From Lingula anatina (lineage: Eukaryota; Animalia; Brachiopoda), in NCBI GenBank assembly GCA_051362555.1, contig CM120642.1, positions 21,638,001 to 21,702,000 on the forward strand: a stretch of 64,000 nt of DNA. Reading direction: 5' to 3'. Both the position numbers and the translations under genes were made by a program. Below the pieces are notes generated by a model. It was given only the letters and a program-made list of their open reading frames with translations, was not told the DNA's origin and did no database searches. Positions 12,101 to 24,076 of the stretch are shown piece after piece (the first letter of the stretch is position 1; every line of letters starts with the position of its first letter).

Positions 12101-15100
12101 AAAGAAAAAGCTAAAGAATTAGAAAAACTTAAGACTGAATATGATTTAATCTTAGAAGCTAAAACTGAAGGTGCAATAATGCGCAGTAAAGTGAGATGGT
12201 ACGAAAAGGGCGAACGCAATACAAATTACTTTATCAACTTGGAAAAACGGAATCGGGTCAGAAATACAATTACAAAACTAGAAATTAATGATACACTAAC
12301 AGTAACTAACGATAAAGATATTCTACAAGAACAGGAAAAGTTTTATGAAAATTTGTACACCTCACAGAACACTACCTTTAACGAGAGAATCTCAAACAAA
12401 TTTTTCAATGTACAAAACATACCCCAAATTCCAAACGACCTAAAAATCGCATGTGAAGGAAAGCTAACCATCAACGAGTGCAAAAACGCACTCAAAGAAC
12501 TTACAAAAAAGAAGAATAAAACCCCGGGTGTCGATGGGCTCTCCGCAGAATTTTACATGAAATTCTGGGAAGAATTAGGAGAGGAAATTGCAGACTGTTT
12601 GAATTTTGCTTTTGAAACTGGTCAGTTAAATATTAGCCAACGGCAGGGTATAATAACTCTAATTCCCAAAAAAGACAAGGATAGACACCGTTTGGAAAAC
12701 TGGCGACCTATTTCTTTGCTAAGCGTAAGCTACAAAATAGCCGCAAAAGCACTTGCAAAACGAATGGAAATGACTTTACCAACCATTATCAACAAAAACC
12801 AAACCGGGTACGTTAAAAAAAGATATATCGGTGAAAATATAAGACTCATCTGGGATCTTATGTACTCAACAAAAAGGCAAAATAAAGAAGGGATGGCAAT
12901 TTTCTTAGATTTTAAAAAAGCGTTCGATTGCATTGAATGGGAATTTATAAAAAAATGCCTGAAAATATTCAACTTTGGCCCTGACTTCATTCAGTGGTTT
13001 GACATTATGTACGCCAATGCTTCCAGTTGTATTACAAACAACGGATATTCCTCGCGATTCTTTTCAATTACAAGAGGTGTAAGACAAGGATGCCCACTGT
13101 CCGGCCCTCTATTCGTGCTGGCCGTAGAAATACTAGCCTGCGCAATACGCGCAGATCCATCCATACGGGGAATTACTATTGATCGTCATGAACACAAATT
13201 ATGCCAATATGCCGACGATACAACGCTATTTCTAAATGATGTTGGGTCCGCTAAAAACGCATTGAAATTAATATCTGAATTCAAACAAATTTCTGGTTTA
13301 GAACTAAACTTGAGCAAGTCCGAAGCCCTGTGGCTTGGAAGCAATAGATTCAACGACGAAAAGCCCCTCGGGTTGCTATGGCCGGATAGACCAATAAAAG
13401 CTCTCGGAATTCATTTCTCTTACGATTACGAAAGCTGCAGGTTTCTAGACTTCGATAGTAAAGTTGATCAAATTGAAAAGCTGCTTAACCTTTGGTCCAG
13501 CAGAGACCTCACATGGATTGGAAAGATACAAATACTGAAAACATTGGGTCTGGCTAAACTGGTTTATGCTAATACAGTTCTTGAGACCCCAAATGATATT
13601 ATTTTGAGGATAGATGCTTTATTCAAAAAATTTCTATGGAATGATAAAAAACCAAAATTAAAGCAAAATACATTAATAGCCCCAAAGAGTAAAGGTGGTT
13701 TAAATTTGACGCATGTGCCATCGCACGTGCGGTCTCTGAAGGCCTCAATGGTTAAGCGCATAATGTTAGCTGACAACGATGATCCGTGGGTTATAAACAT
13801 ACTGAAATATTTAAGAAGTGTGGGAGGAAAACTTATTTTCAGTTGTAATTATGAACTGAAGAATATTAACATTTCGGACATACCACCTTTTTACGTAACC
13901 ATGCTAGATGCATGGAGTGATTTAATACAAACAGACCCTAATAATGCCTCCGATATAAAGAAACAGATAATATGGAATAATAGATTCATACTTGTAAACA
14001 AAAAGTCAATATATCTAAGGCATTGGTCAAAAGCCGGAGTAAATTATATGCAAGATATTATAAATATTAATGGTGAATTTATATCATTAGAAGAAATAAT
14101 AAATCAACACAACTTCGACATTAAGCTGCCGAATTTTCTAGAATACGAAAAAGTAAAAAAATCAATTCCGATATCATGGTTACGTAAACTTCGGGAAAAT
14201 GCAGAAACAGTTGACAACACAGACTCAGATGAGATAGTATGGACTCTAGCCTCTACAAAAACCATTTACGATAAGCTAATAGAAAGAAATGTAATAAATT
14301 TACCCACAGCAAGTTTGCATCTCATCAAATCAGGCGTAAGTGAAAATGATTGGCAGAGAGTTTTCTTGATACCATTTGAGTCTGTCAAAGAAACTCAACT
14401 ACAAGTAATGCAATACAGAATAATTCACAATGTGCTGTACACAAATTCTACACTGTTCAAAATGAAAATAGTTACTAGCCCAGGATGTATTAACTGCCAT
14501 ATGAAAGAAACAATAATACATCGTTTTGTAGAATGTGTACGTGCAAGAAATTTTTGGATTGCATTTGAAAACTGGTGGAACATTCCGAATAACACCATAC
14601 ACTTCAGAAAAAATGAAAAAACTATAATGTACGGGTGTCTGTCAAGCGACCAGCGCGTAAAAGCTTTAAATTTCTGCATTATTGTGGCTAAACAATTCAT
14701 AAACAAAAATTCAGAAAATCCATCAGTCTATGATTTTGAACTGTTTCTACATTTTCTTAGTCAGAAGAAGAAAATAGAAAAATACATTGCTATAAAGACA
14801 GGAAAAGAAGACAGGTTCAATACAAAATGGAAACGCATTCCTACCATAACGTGTTAAAATTTTCACCTCTAGTACGCTATAGTTGCCGTTATGTAGTTCA
14901 CAACAAGCATGTATACGTGTAGTATGTATGGACGGATGAGTGAGTGAAAGTAAGTCTATATATTTATGTTCTTATTTATTTATCAGTATTTAATTACCGT
15001 AATTATTATCAGTATCATATGCATTTAATCTTTGATTTTCTGTCTAAATATTTCATTATATATGTTATAGTTGCCGAGATGTAGCTCACAACAAGCATGC

Positions 15101-15308
15101 ATACGCGTAGTATGTATGGATGGATGAGTGAGTGAGAGTAAATCTATATATTTATGATCTTTTTATTTACCTATTAGTATTTAATTACCGTAATTATCAC
15201 CAGCATTGTATTACATGCATTTAATCTTTCAATCTTTGATTATCTGCTTAAATATTTTATTATATATGTATATTTTCTTTTTTTTTTTTTTTTGAGTGAA
15301 TAAATGCA

Positions 15309-15349
<41 letters not shown>

Positions 15350-15716
15350 AACTACATCTACAACAACACAGGTCTACATGTGATGTGGTGGACAACACCA
15401 GCCAATAGGAACACGAGTGAAGTCACCACTGACAACATCATATATTACAGCATTGCAAGAGATGCAAACAATATGGCGGCCATAGTTTCTGGTGGCTCAT
15501 CATCGTTTCTCCATGACAATGTTTTCCAAAACCCTACATTTACATTCGAGATGACAAGTGAAGGGTCCTCTTCAACTGTGAATGCGTCTTCCAACTGGTG
15601 GGGTCTGACAGAGCATGCGAAGATCAAGCAGAGGCTACGAGACAAAGGCACGGGGTTCCTATACCCCGAGGTCTCCATACACCCAATCATCGAGTCCATG
15701 TCTTCTTACCAAACAG
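9176..15716 (+). CDS. LINE-interrupted exon (9176-9647 + 15361-15716): beta-helix repeats and NWWG block
   Basis: ctttcag acceptor at 9175. Removing the LINE and one TSD restores VTNNYIY|NNTGLHVMWW. Donor ACAG|gtgagg at 15717. Confidence 0.8.
9677..9686 (+). promoter_or_regulatory. YY1-like motif CAAGATGGCG at LINE 5' end (putative internal Pol II promoter)
   Basis: CAAGATGGCG lies ~270 bp upstream of ORF1, in the position of the YY1 site at the 5' end of mammalian L1. Confidence 0.5.
9944..10774 (+). CDS. LINE ORF1p (coiled coil + RRM + CTD, L1-type RNA-binding protein)
   Basis: 276 aa. A heptad-rich coiled coil is followed by EQYSRKNNIKIYGIKE, HRI...PRPIILR and ADDVT...AWYFNGSVY. Confidence 0.9.
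   Translation: MSSKHTKNTKKGEPTPKRTHSEVSNTSAEENNSIILAELEEIKSYMKDMINKDELKELVTTLVTEMLKEMKKEMGSQINNMREKLDFLEFENKNLTENIARKDKDLLKLKEEIKDLTKLSLEADKRSNYNEQYSRKNNIKIYGIKEETKENTKSVVRDTLKEVAQITLRDDDILAVHRIPGAKTQQPRPIILRVNNTETKAKIMRCRRAMKTSRQNLRLADDVTKKNAQLIQRLVSHPEIDQAWYFNGSVYGRPKDSTKRVKFDLHDDINLKIRNA
11093..14857 (+). CDS. LINE ORF2p: APE endonuclease + reverse transcriptase + CCHC zinc knuckle
   Basis: 1254 aa, uninterrupted. APE motifs: SLNVRGL, LQET, GGDFN, RLDY, TDH. RT motifs: WRPISLL, LDFKKAFD, GVRQGCPLS, YADD. C-terminal CINC...ETIIHRFVEC. Confidence 0.97.
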   Translation: MSFDFSILSLNVRGLNNFKKRKGVFRWLHKRPENVFLLQETYSSQKVEKLWRAQWGGKVWYNHGTGHSKGVMILFKNNIEYDIIDTVTDPDGRLLGVKIKIGTSTFLMCNIYAPNQINEQVEFYRFLYKELAKYESDYVIIGGDFNCTLSKLDKHGGLSTHIKDKVIHEIQSIMKKYHLNDTWRKFHGAERRYTWKNSESKISCRLDYWITSNELIENCFIEKAEILYAPYTDHDAISLFLKTKDVTVRGRGFWKHNNTLLGDERYINEMKIVINEAKNRYNYLEDRGLAFDMITMEIRQFSIKFSKQKSKQHRENERDIWKKINVLQAEIDNQFNKEKAKELEKLKTEYDLILEAKTEGAIMRSKVRWYEKGERNTNYFINLEKRNRVRNTITKLEINDTLTVTNDKDILQEQEKFYENLYTSQNTTFNERISNKFFNVQNIPQIPNDLKIACEGKLTINECKNALKELTKKKNKTPGVDGLSAEFYMKFWEELGEEIADCLNFAFETGQLNISQRQGIITLIPKKDKDRHRLENWRPISLLSVSYKIAAKALAKRMEMTLPTIINKNQTGYVKKRYIGENIRLIWDLMYSTKRQNKEGMAIFLDFKKAFDCIEWEFIKKCLKIFNFGPDFIQWFDIMYANASSCITNNGYSSRFFSITRGVRQGCPLSGPLFVLAVEILACAIRADPSIRGITIDRHEHKLCQYADDTTLFLNDVGSAKNALKLISEFKQISGLELNLSKSEALWLGSNRFNDEKPLGLLWPDRPIKALGIHFSYDYESCRFLDFDSKVDQIEKLLNLWSSRDLTWIGKIQILKTLGLAKLVYANTVLETPNDIILRIDALFKKFLWNDKKPKLKQNTLIAPKSKGGLNLTHVPSHVRSLKASMVKRIMLADNDDPWVINILKYLRSVGGKLIFSCNYELKNINISDIPPFYVTMLDAWSDLIQTDPNNASDIKKQIIWNNRFILVNKKSIYLRHWSKAGVNYMQDIININGEFISLEEIINQHNFDIKLPNFLEYEKVKKSIPISWLRKLRENAETVDNTDSDEIVWTLASTKTIYDKLIERNVINLPTASLHLIKSGVSENDWQRVFLIPFESVKETQLQVMQYRIIHNVLYTNSTLFKMKIVTSPGCINCHMKETIIHRFVECVRARNFWIAFENWWNIPNNTIHFRKNEKTIMYGCLSSDQRVKALNFCIIVAKQFINKNSENPSVYDFELFLHFLSQKKKIEKYIAIKTGKEDRFNTKWKRIPTITC
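14878..15265 (+). repeat. Tandem ~188-bp duplication in the LINE 3'UTR
   Basis: tatagttgccg..atgtag.tcacaacaagcatg...gagtgagtga... starts at 14878 and again at 15066. Confidence 0.85.
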
Positions 15717-16140
15717 GTGAGGAAGTTTTCAACACTGACACCCCTGTAGCTGAAACAAGTCATATTTGCATTTTTTAAAACTTTTATTCGGTTATATCAT
15801 GATGTCTGTTGGTTATTTTAAATGAAAAAGTTGATCCGATACCTTAATTATGTTTCATGTGATTTCGACATTGTATTTCTTGAATTACCTTTGGTATATA
15901 TTGCTAGGATAACAATAATAGTACATTAATAATAATAATAATAACAAAAATTAAGTTTAAAAAATCAACTAAAAGTTTGAAGTTGAACAGATAAATGGAC
16001 TGGGATAAAATTTACAAAATAAAATATTTACATAAAGGATATACAAAATCTAAGCTTTCAAAGGCCTGATTATCCTTTCTTTGTATTAAAGCATTAACTG
16101 GCAATATCTTACGATTTTTGTTTATATTGTTATATTTCAG

Positions 16141-16349
16141 GGCCCAGCGTTTTCCCTGCTGATTACCCCCGTCAAATAACAAAGTGTCACGTATAGTAGG
16201 GCAGTTCATTCCCGACTCCAGAGTTTGTCGGCGGTATTACAGCTGCACTGAAGGTGGCGTTATTCCCAAGATGTGCCCAAACCATCTTGTCTGGAATCCA
16301 GAAATACAGGAGTGTGGCAGAGACGGTTGTGAGCCACAGGAAGCTTCTG
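16141..16349 (+). CDS. Exon: chitin-binding type 2 (peritrophin-A/CBM14) domain, frameshifted near 16187
   Basis: KC/SRIVGQFIPDSRVCRRYYSC...CPNHLVWNPEIQEC; atttcag acceptor and G|gtagg donor. Confidence 0.7.
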
Positions 16350-16557
16350 GTAGGTGGTTTGGTACTCGGCTACAATGAATACAAAAATACACTCGTTTTG
16401 AACGTTATTTGAAAAACCATATGTGTTTTTCCCTAAAGGGATATTTATAAACCATATATCTATCTATCTGGTAAATCTAAAACAATCAGAACTGGTTTTC
16501 TGGTAAATCATTCTAGATCTGGTAAGCTGCTGATGATACAGAATTCATCTGTTCTAG

Positions 16558-17302
16558 ATTCGTGTCCTCTTGCGTGGCTGCAGAATAAGATGGTGTGTTA
16601 CTTGTACGTCGGAGGAGCACAAAACTTCACTCAAGCTCGCGTTTCTTGTGAGGTATGCAATTGACATTTATTCATCAAGTCGTTGGTCTACGAACAATAA
16701 TGCTTGAAAGGATAAATATTGTATTCAGAGAGGGACATAGCAAATATTTGATGAAGTTTGTTAGACAACAACATTCATTGGTAACTTATATACATGTATG
16801 CATTTACTTTGTTCAAGGGTCAATACAGTATGTTGGTGAATCTTGCCACGAAGTCTGAGCGGGCCTTTGCAATCAGCATACTACGGTCACGAGCGGTGGG
16901 AGAGCGCAGTTTTGGCATATGGACGGAGACATGGTATAAGGTGTGGCATTTTGTGTTCTTCCATCCGGTTTTGAATAGAAAAGATTGACAATGACAAATG
17001 AAATACAGGCATAACAGGAGGTTAACAATATCAATATGTAATATGTGGCATGTTACACTGTTAGCATACATGTTATAAAACAAATACATACATACATGGG
17101 ATAGACGGTAGTGAGGGTTTGGATTTTATGTTTTTATTAGATTATTTTTCGAATTATCTACTCGCATACATGTATCTTTGTAACGGTTTCCAGGAGGACG
17201 GAAAATGCCCACTGGTCAATTTGTCGAGTATTGACGGCAATGCACATATCTACAAAGATGATTGTTTCAGTCTTTCTCCGTATATTTGTAAGCGGTCCGC
17301 AG
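16558..17302 (+). CDS. Three exons (16558-16652, 16818-16940, 17194-17302) encoding a C-type lectin domain
   Basis: DSCPLAWLQNKMVCYLY...FTQARVSCE | GQYSMLVNL...IWT | ...C...DDCFSLSPYICK, with consistent splice phases. Confidence 0.75.
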
Positions 17303-17516
17303 GTAATAATTTTACTGCATACTATAACGTACTAATAAAATACATCATTTTCAAATGTACATAAGGGACAATCGATGCTCAAGCTGACCGCTCGCGTTTG
17401 AAGGACGCTTCCTTATTTGATTGTCCCTTTTAATTTCCATTGTATTTTTCATTGTATTTTCTCCACATTCCCTATCCCCTTCGTCATACAGCATTGTCCT
17501 TCTATATGTACCATAG

Positions 17517-18154
17517 TTAACGCGTGTCCCAATGGCTGTACCTACAATGGACGTTGTGGTAAAGATAAACGATGTCACTGTAACCGAGGCTGGGAAGGGA
17601 AAGACTGCTCCGTGTACCACTGTAGAGACAGGAACAAGTGTGGACAGTACGGGACATGTGTGGGACCGAACCAGTGCAGGTGTCAGCCTGGGTGGCAGGT
17701 AAACCCTTAACTGGATACCAGGTAGTCTCGATGGGGTTAGGTATATTGAATTTAGAAGAAGAAAATCCTGAATAAATGAATCAAGCAAAATTGTTGTGCA
17801 CAATATCAGATGTTCGGTCCTGATTTTAAGACCAAACCATGATGCACACAAAGGGCTAAATAACTGTGCACTCATTTTAAAATGCCTTTATCTGATCACA
17901 TAATATCTTATCAGTGACAATACATTTTTCAATTGCACGGCCCTTATTTGTTCATAGGGACGCGCCTGCTCAGTAAGCTACTGTACAGCACGTGTAGGTC
18001 ATGTACTGAACAGCCCGGATGTGGGTGGTGTGACCACAAACAAAGATGTCTGCCGGGCCACGAGTCTCAGCCGTGGAGAGAGCAGTGTTGGACATGGTTT
18101 TATCACGACTGTTTCTCTGTAGACACTCACATGGGATGTTCTAGTCAAATTGAG
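17517..18154 (+). CDS. Exons 17517-17698 (two EGF-like repeats) and 17958-18154 (PSI/plexin repeat, frameshift ~17984)
   Basis: CPNGCTYNGRC...CHCNRGWEGKDC; CRSCTEQPGCGWCDHKQRC. Splice sites are canonical. Confidence 0.75.
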
Positions 18155-18581
18155 GTATGTGGTTTAAAGCAAGCTTTTATGATACGTTTGTTGTTACAAT
18201 ATATACGCTTTTACCAAAAGCAGAAGCTACAAATGATTTTAATTGTCTAAAATGAATTTGATGGGTGTAAAAGTCCCAGTTAGGTGCCAAATGTAAAATT
18301 AAAAACAAATTAAACTAAACTGAGATCTGATACAGTATAAGTTTTATTTTAAATGGATTGTATGATCACTGTATTCCAGCTGTTTTTCTTACCATACTGT
18401 GTTAATTCCGAGTGATTCACAAATATCATGTTCAAAAATATTCACTTCGTGTGAAAAAATCGATAACGGTTTAAATCACCATCACCTCGTTTTTATGTAC
18501 AGACACAGATGTGTCTGTACATATAGCCATCACCTGCGTCTGTCGTCGCCGTCGCAGTCGTCGCCGTCGCCGTGCACTTTT

Positions 18582-19200
18582 ACTGATAACATGATAAGTG
18601 GAAAACCGTTTTACCTTTTGGTTTGAAACTTACAGAATTGATGAATATTCATAATACGCAGGTCAAGTTCGAAAATCAGCATGATCCGGTCATTTTTAGG
18701 GAAGTTATGCTGTTTTTTTCACTTTTTTCAGCATATATGCAGCACCGATAACACGATTAGTGGAAAACTGTTTTACCTTTTGGCTTGAAACTCACATGAA
18801 CTACTGAATATTCATAATACGTAGGTCAAGTTCGAAAATCAGCATGATCGGGCCATTTTTAGGGAATTTATGCTGTTTTTTCACTTTTTTCAGCATATAT
18901 ATGCAGCACCGATAACATGATAAGTGGAAAACCATTTTACCTTTTGGCGTGAAACTTACAGAACTGATGAATATTAATAAAACGCAGGTCAAGTTCGAAA
19001 ATTGGCTTGATTGGACTATTTTTACAAATTTAAAGCTATGCTGTTTTTTTCCGTTATTCAGCATATATGCAACACTGATAACGCATTTTAAGGAAAACCA
19101 ATCAGCCTTTTGTCTTGAAACTCACAGGAGTGATCAGTCTGACTAGTATACAGATCAAGTTTGAAAATAAGCTTGATCAGTTAAGTTTTGATGAAGTTAT
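18582..19200 (+). repeat. ~162-bp satellite-like tandem array inside HINE A (3 units + diverged terminal unit)
   Basis: Units starting with gataaca.gat at ~18582, 18745, 18908 and 19073. Confidence 0.85.
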
Positions 19201-20726
19201 TAGCCCTTTTGTATATAAGTGGTTTTTCTTCAGATTTAATTCTTAGGCATGTTAACAGTCTTATTATGGAACTAATTAGATATGAAAAAGTGTTGTTTTG
19301 ACATTTTCTGCTTCTTAACAATATTGTTAGTTGATTATATAAAAATGACGGTACCCCTTTTATTGTGCATTGTGTAATAAAGTGTCAAAATGGAAAGGAA
19401 CTCATATCATTGCAGATCGTCATATTCAATCATTCACTAAGTTAAGAATCTCAGAATGGAGCAAGTTGGACATTTAAATTTGTTCTATTGATATATTTCC
19501 TTTGACGACATATTTTTTAATTGATCATATAAATATGACAGTAAATCGATTGTTCTGTTTTATGTAAAAAAGGTGTTGAAAATGGAAATAAGCTGTTTTC
19601 AATACAGTTTTCTCTTGTTTAGATTTTGGGATTTTCAAAGTGTGACTCTGAACTCTATGGGCTTGACACATTTTCTGAATATCCAAGATAGTTTTATTTT
19701 ATCATTAAAAAACTGATGGTTATTATGCTGTTGCGCATTGTGTAATATTGCATCAAAATTGAACAAAACCCTATTTTGGGCACTGCCTCCGTAGTGACCG
19801 TGAAAGGAAAACCATGTCACTTGCTCTTTTCACACTTAAAGGAAAGAAACATAGGACTGAAATACAGCCTCAGTTGGAAAATCTGTCTCATTAGTTAATT
19901 TTCTGGAAGTTATAGTTTTTGTTTTTTTTTTGTGAAAATTTTCATCTTTCACATACTGGGAATTTCATTGTGGAACTTAGAGCTCCCTTGGGCATGAAGC
20001 CCAGTGGTAATCAAATTTTCTTTATGTCCATGTTTTTAATAGTAGATATTTAAAAATTGGTGGTATTTATACAGTTAATCATTATGTAATGTTGCATCAA
20101 AATTGACAAAAAAAACTACTTTGTGCACTGCCACCATTAACATTATGGAAAGAAAACTGTTACTTTCTATTTTAACAACTAGTCTTACAAGAATGATTCT
20201 TAGGATTGACATACAGTTCATATTAGCAAACCAGCTCTATTAGATTATCATTTTTATTAAATTTATGCATTTTTTGTGAAATTTTCATTTTTCTCATTCT
20301 GGCACTTTCTAAGTATAAACTTGAACTCTGATGGGCCTGAAGCCTTATGCTTTTACTTTTATCGGTGTTACCTGTTGTGCATAATTAAAATTTGATGTTG
20401 ACTGTGCAGTTAAACATAATGTATTATTGCATCAGAATTGGTAGTCTCCTATTTAGTGCATTATTGTTTTGTGCTTTTCTTAAGGTGTGACTTATGGACC
20501 TGAAGACCTTTGAGAGGGTCAGTCTGTAAATTTCCCTTGGGTATCACTAGGCTAATTTAAGAGTTAGAAAGTCATTTGCCTAATTAATAGGCCATTAAAT
20601 GAGATTACATAAAGCACACTTGTTGATATTTCCCTGTAAACTCCCAAAGGTTAAACTCTCTGCTAGAATACTAATAACGAAGCAGTGATAATTATGCAGG
20701 TAAATTTTGTTTAATATTGCAAATAA

Positions 20727-20775
<49 letters not shown>

Positions 20776-20822
20776 AACTCAAAGATTAAAGTTTGAATAG
20801 CAGCTTCATTGGAATTATATTT

Positions 20823-21050
20823 ACCTCTGCCAAGGAGGTAATGTTTTCACCCTTGTTTGTCTGTCATGAACATAACTCAAAAAGTTATGGACCAATTTTG
20901 ATGAAATTTTCAGGAACTGTCAGAAGTGGGTCAAGGAGGACAATGATTAGTTTTTAGGGGTGGTTCGGATCAATAATCTATCAATAATCAATAATAATCA
21001 AAAATTGCTGCCTTGGCAGAGGTCTGCGCTCTCAGAGTGCTTTTCTAGTT
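20823..21050 (+). mobile_element. Small Helentron-like non-autonomous element nested in HINE A (also in D at 41033-41260)
   Basis: subTIR ACCTCTGCCAAGG ... CCTTGGCAGAGGT, a GTTTGTCTGTC tract, a 3' hairpin GCGCTCT-C-AGAGTGC and a terminal CTAGTT. Confidence 0.7.
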
Positions 21051-21195
21051 TTGTTATGTTTTCTTTATTAATTTTTTCTCAAACACTGGCATCTGCACAT
21101 TTTCTGTATTTTCTGTATTTCCACATAAGCAGTTGTATTGGTTTTTATGTCTTTAAACATTATGTAATATTATTTTATGCACTGTCATAATTTTT

Positions 21196-24076
21196 ATGTA
21201 CAGACACAGATGTGTCTGTACATATTGCCATCACCTGCGTCTGTCGTCGCCGTCGTCGCCGATGCCGATGCCGATGCCGATGCCGATGCCGTCGCCGTGC
21301 ACTTTCACTGTAAACACGATAAGTGGAACACAGTTTTATTTTTTGGTTTTATATTTACAGAGCTGATGAATATTCATAAAAAGCAGGTCAAGTTCGAAAA
21401 TCAGCATGATCGGGCCATTATTGTAGAAGTTATGCTGTTTTTTCACTTTTCAGCATATATGCAACCCTGTAAACACATTTTAAGGAAAACCGTTAGGCCT
21501 GTTGTCATGAAACTCAGAGAAGTAATCAATCTTTTTAAAACGCAGGTCAAGTCCGAAAATGGGCATGATCGGGCCACTATTTTAGTAGTTATGCTGTTTT
21601 TTCCTTTTTTCAGCATATGTGCAACACTGTAAACACAATTTAAGAAAAACAGATGGGCCAATTGTCATTAAACTCACAGGAGTGGTCAATCTTACTAAAA
21701 CGCAGGTTGAGTTCGAAAATCAGCATAATCGGGCCATTATTTTAGAAGTTATGCTGTTTTTTCACATTTCCTCAGATTCAATTCTTAGGCATGTTAACAG
21801 TCTTATTATTTTACTAATAAGATACATTAAAGTGTTTGTTTGACATTTCCTGCATCTTTACAACATTGTTAGTAGATTATGTAAAAATGATGGTAAACTT
21901 GTTATCGTGTATTGTGTAATAAAGTGTCAAAAATGGAAATAAACTCATATCATTGCAGTTTGTCAGATTCAATCATTCACTATGTTCAGAATCTCAGAAT
22001 GGAGGAAATTGGACATTTAACACTATTCTATTGATATTTTCCCATCTCATCAATTATCTTAGTTGATGCTATAAAAATGGCAGTAAACTGTTTATTTTGT
22101 TTTATGTTAAAAAAAGTGTTAAAAATGGAAATAAACCCATGTCAGAACAGTGCTGTCTTGTTTCACATTTCCTCAGTTTCATTACTAGGCATGTTAACAG
22201 TCTTATTATTTAACTAATAAGACATGTAAAAGTGTTTGGTTGACATTTCCTGCATCTTTACAACATTATTAGTTGATTATGTAAAAATGATGGTAAACTT
22301 GTTATCTTGTATTGTGTAATAAAGTTTCAAAAATGGAAACAAACTAATATCATTGCAGTTTGTCAGATTTAATCATTCACTATGTTCAGAATCTCAGAAT
22401 GGAGGAAATTGGACATTTAACACTGTTGTATTGATATTTTTCCCATCTCATCAATTTTCTTAGTTGATCGTATAAAAATGGCAGTAACCTGTTAATTTTG
22501 TTTTATGTTTAAAAAATTGTTAAAAATGGAAAAAAAACAAACATTTCAGAACAGTGCTGTCTTGTTTACATTTTGGCATTTTCAAGTTGTGACTTTGAAG
22601 TTCCATGGGCCTGAAGACCTTTGCTAGTCACATTTTCTGAATATCCATGATACTAATATTTTATTATTAGAAATTGATGGTCATTATGCTGTTAAACATT
22701 ATGTAATATTGCATCAAAATTTGAAAAAAATCTATTTTGGGCACTGCTCCCATGATGAGCATTTAAGAAAAACCATGTCACTTACTGTTCTCAAACAGTA
22801 CAGTAAATATGTACAGATGTGTCTGTACATATTGCCATCACCTGCGTCTGTCGTCGCCGTCGTCACTGTCGCTGGTGCCGTGCACTTTCATTGTAAACAC
22901 GATAAGTGGAAGGCAATTTTACTTTTTGACTGTATATTTACAGAGCTGATGAATATTCATAAAATGCAGATCAAGTTCGAAAATCAGCATGATCGGGCCA
23001 CTATTTTAGTAGTTATGCTGTTTTTTCATTTTTCAGCATATATGCAACACTGTAAACACAATATAAGAAAAACAGGCCAATTGTCTTTAAACTCACAGGA
23101 GTGGTCATTCCTGCTAAAACGCAGGTTCAGTTAAAAAAAACAGCATAATCGGGCCATTATTTTAAAAAAATGCCGTTTTTTCACATTTCCTCAGATTCAA
23201 TTCTTAGGCATGTTAACAGTTTCATTATTTAATTAATAAGATACGTAAAAGTGTTTGTTTGGCATTTCCTGCATCTTTACAACATTATTAGTTGATTATG
23301 TAAAAATGATGGTAAACTTGTTATCATGTATTGTGTAATAAAGTTTCAAAAATGGAAATAAACTCATATCATTGCAGTTTGTCAGATTCAATCATTCACT
23401 ATGTTCAGAATCTCAGAATGGAAGAAATTGGACATTTAACACTGCTCTATTGATATTTTCCCCATCTCATCAATTTTCTTAGTTGATCATATAAAAACGG
23501 CAGTAAACTGTTAATTTTGTGTTATGTTAAAAATTATAAAAAATAAAAAAAAAACATTTCAGAACAGTGCTGTCTTGTTTACATTTTGGCATTTTCAAGT
23601 TGTGACTTGAAGTTCCATGGGCCTGAAGACCTTTGCTAGTCACATTTTCTGAATATCCATAATACTAATATTTTATTATTAAAATTGATGGTCATTATGC
23701 TGTTAAACATTATGTAATATTGCATCAAAATTTGAAAAAAAGTATTTTGGGCACTGCTGCCATGAGGACCATTATGGGAAAATCATGTTACTTATGATTG
23801 CCTTACTTTCAATAAAAGAAATACAGGACTTAAATGCAGCCTGAGTTGGAAAAGCAGTCTAATTGGCTTCTTTTTCTGGAAGTTATACATATACAAAGTG
23901 TGAACTTGTTACACATTTTACTTACATTGGTATTACCTGTTGAGCATAATTAAAATTTGATGTTGAATTTGCAGTTTAACATAATGTACTTTTGCATCAG
24001 AATTGACAGTAGCCTATTTTGTGCATAGTTATTTCCTGTTTTTTGTCTGTACATTTGACAGCTTTGCTGCCTTGTT
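21196..24076 (+). mobile_element. HINE copy B (dimeric subfamily)
   Basis: Same termini as A. Second internal head at ~22810 and a ~400-bp internal duplication (21761/22161). Ends TGTCTGTACATTTGACAGCTTTGCTGCCTTGTT. Confidence 0.85.

Larger units (their letters stand above)
9648..15345 (+). mobile_element. Full-length L1/Tx1-clade non-LTR retrotransposon
   Basis: 15-bp TSD AAACAACTACATCTA (9633-9647 and 15346-15360). 5'UTR begins near GGGACAAGATGGCG. ORF1 and ORF2 are both open. AATAAA followed by a ~35-nt poly(A) tail. Confidence 0.95.

Noticed and set aside
892-14706. Antisense and alternative-frame ORFs overlapping large exons and LINE ORFs
   Set aside because: Shadow ORFs of real coding sequence, with no independent motifs.
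15296-15360. ORF starting with poly-Lys
   Set aside because: The Lys run is the LINE poly(A) tail; only the part after the TSD is host exon.
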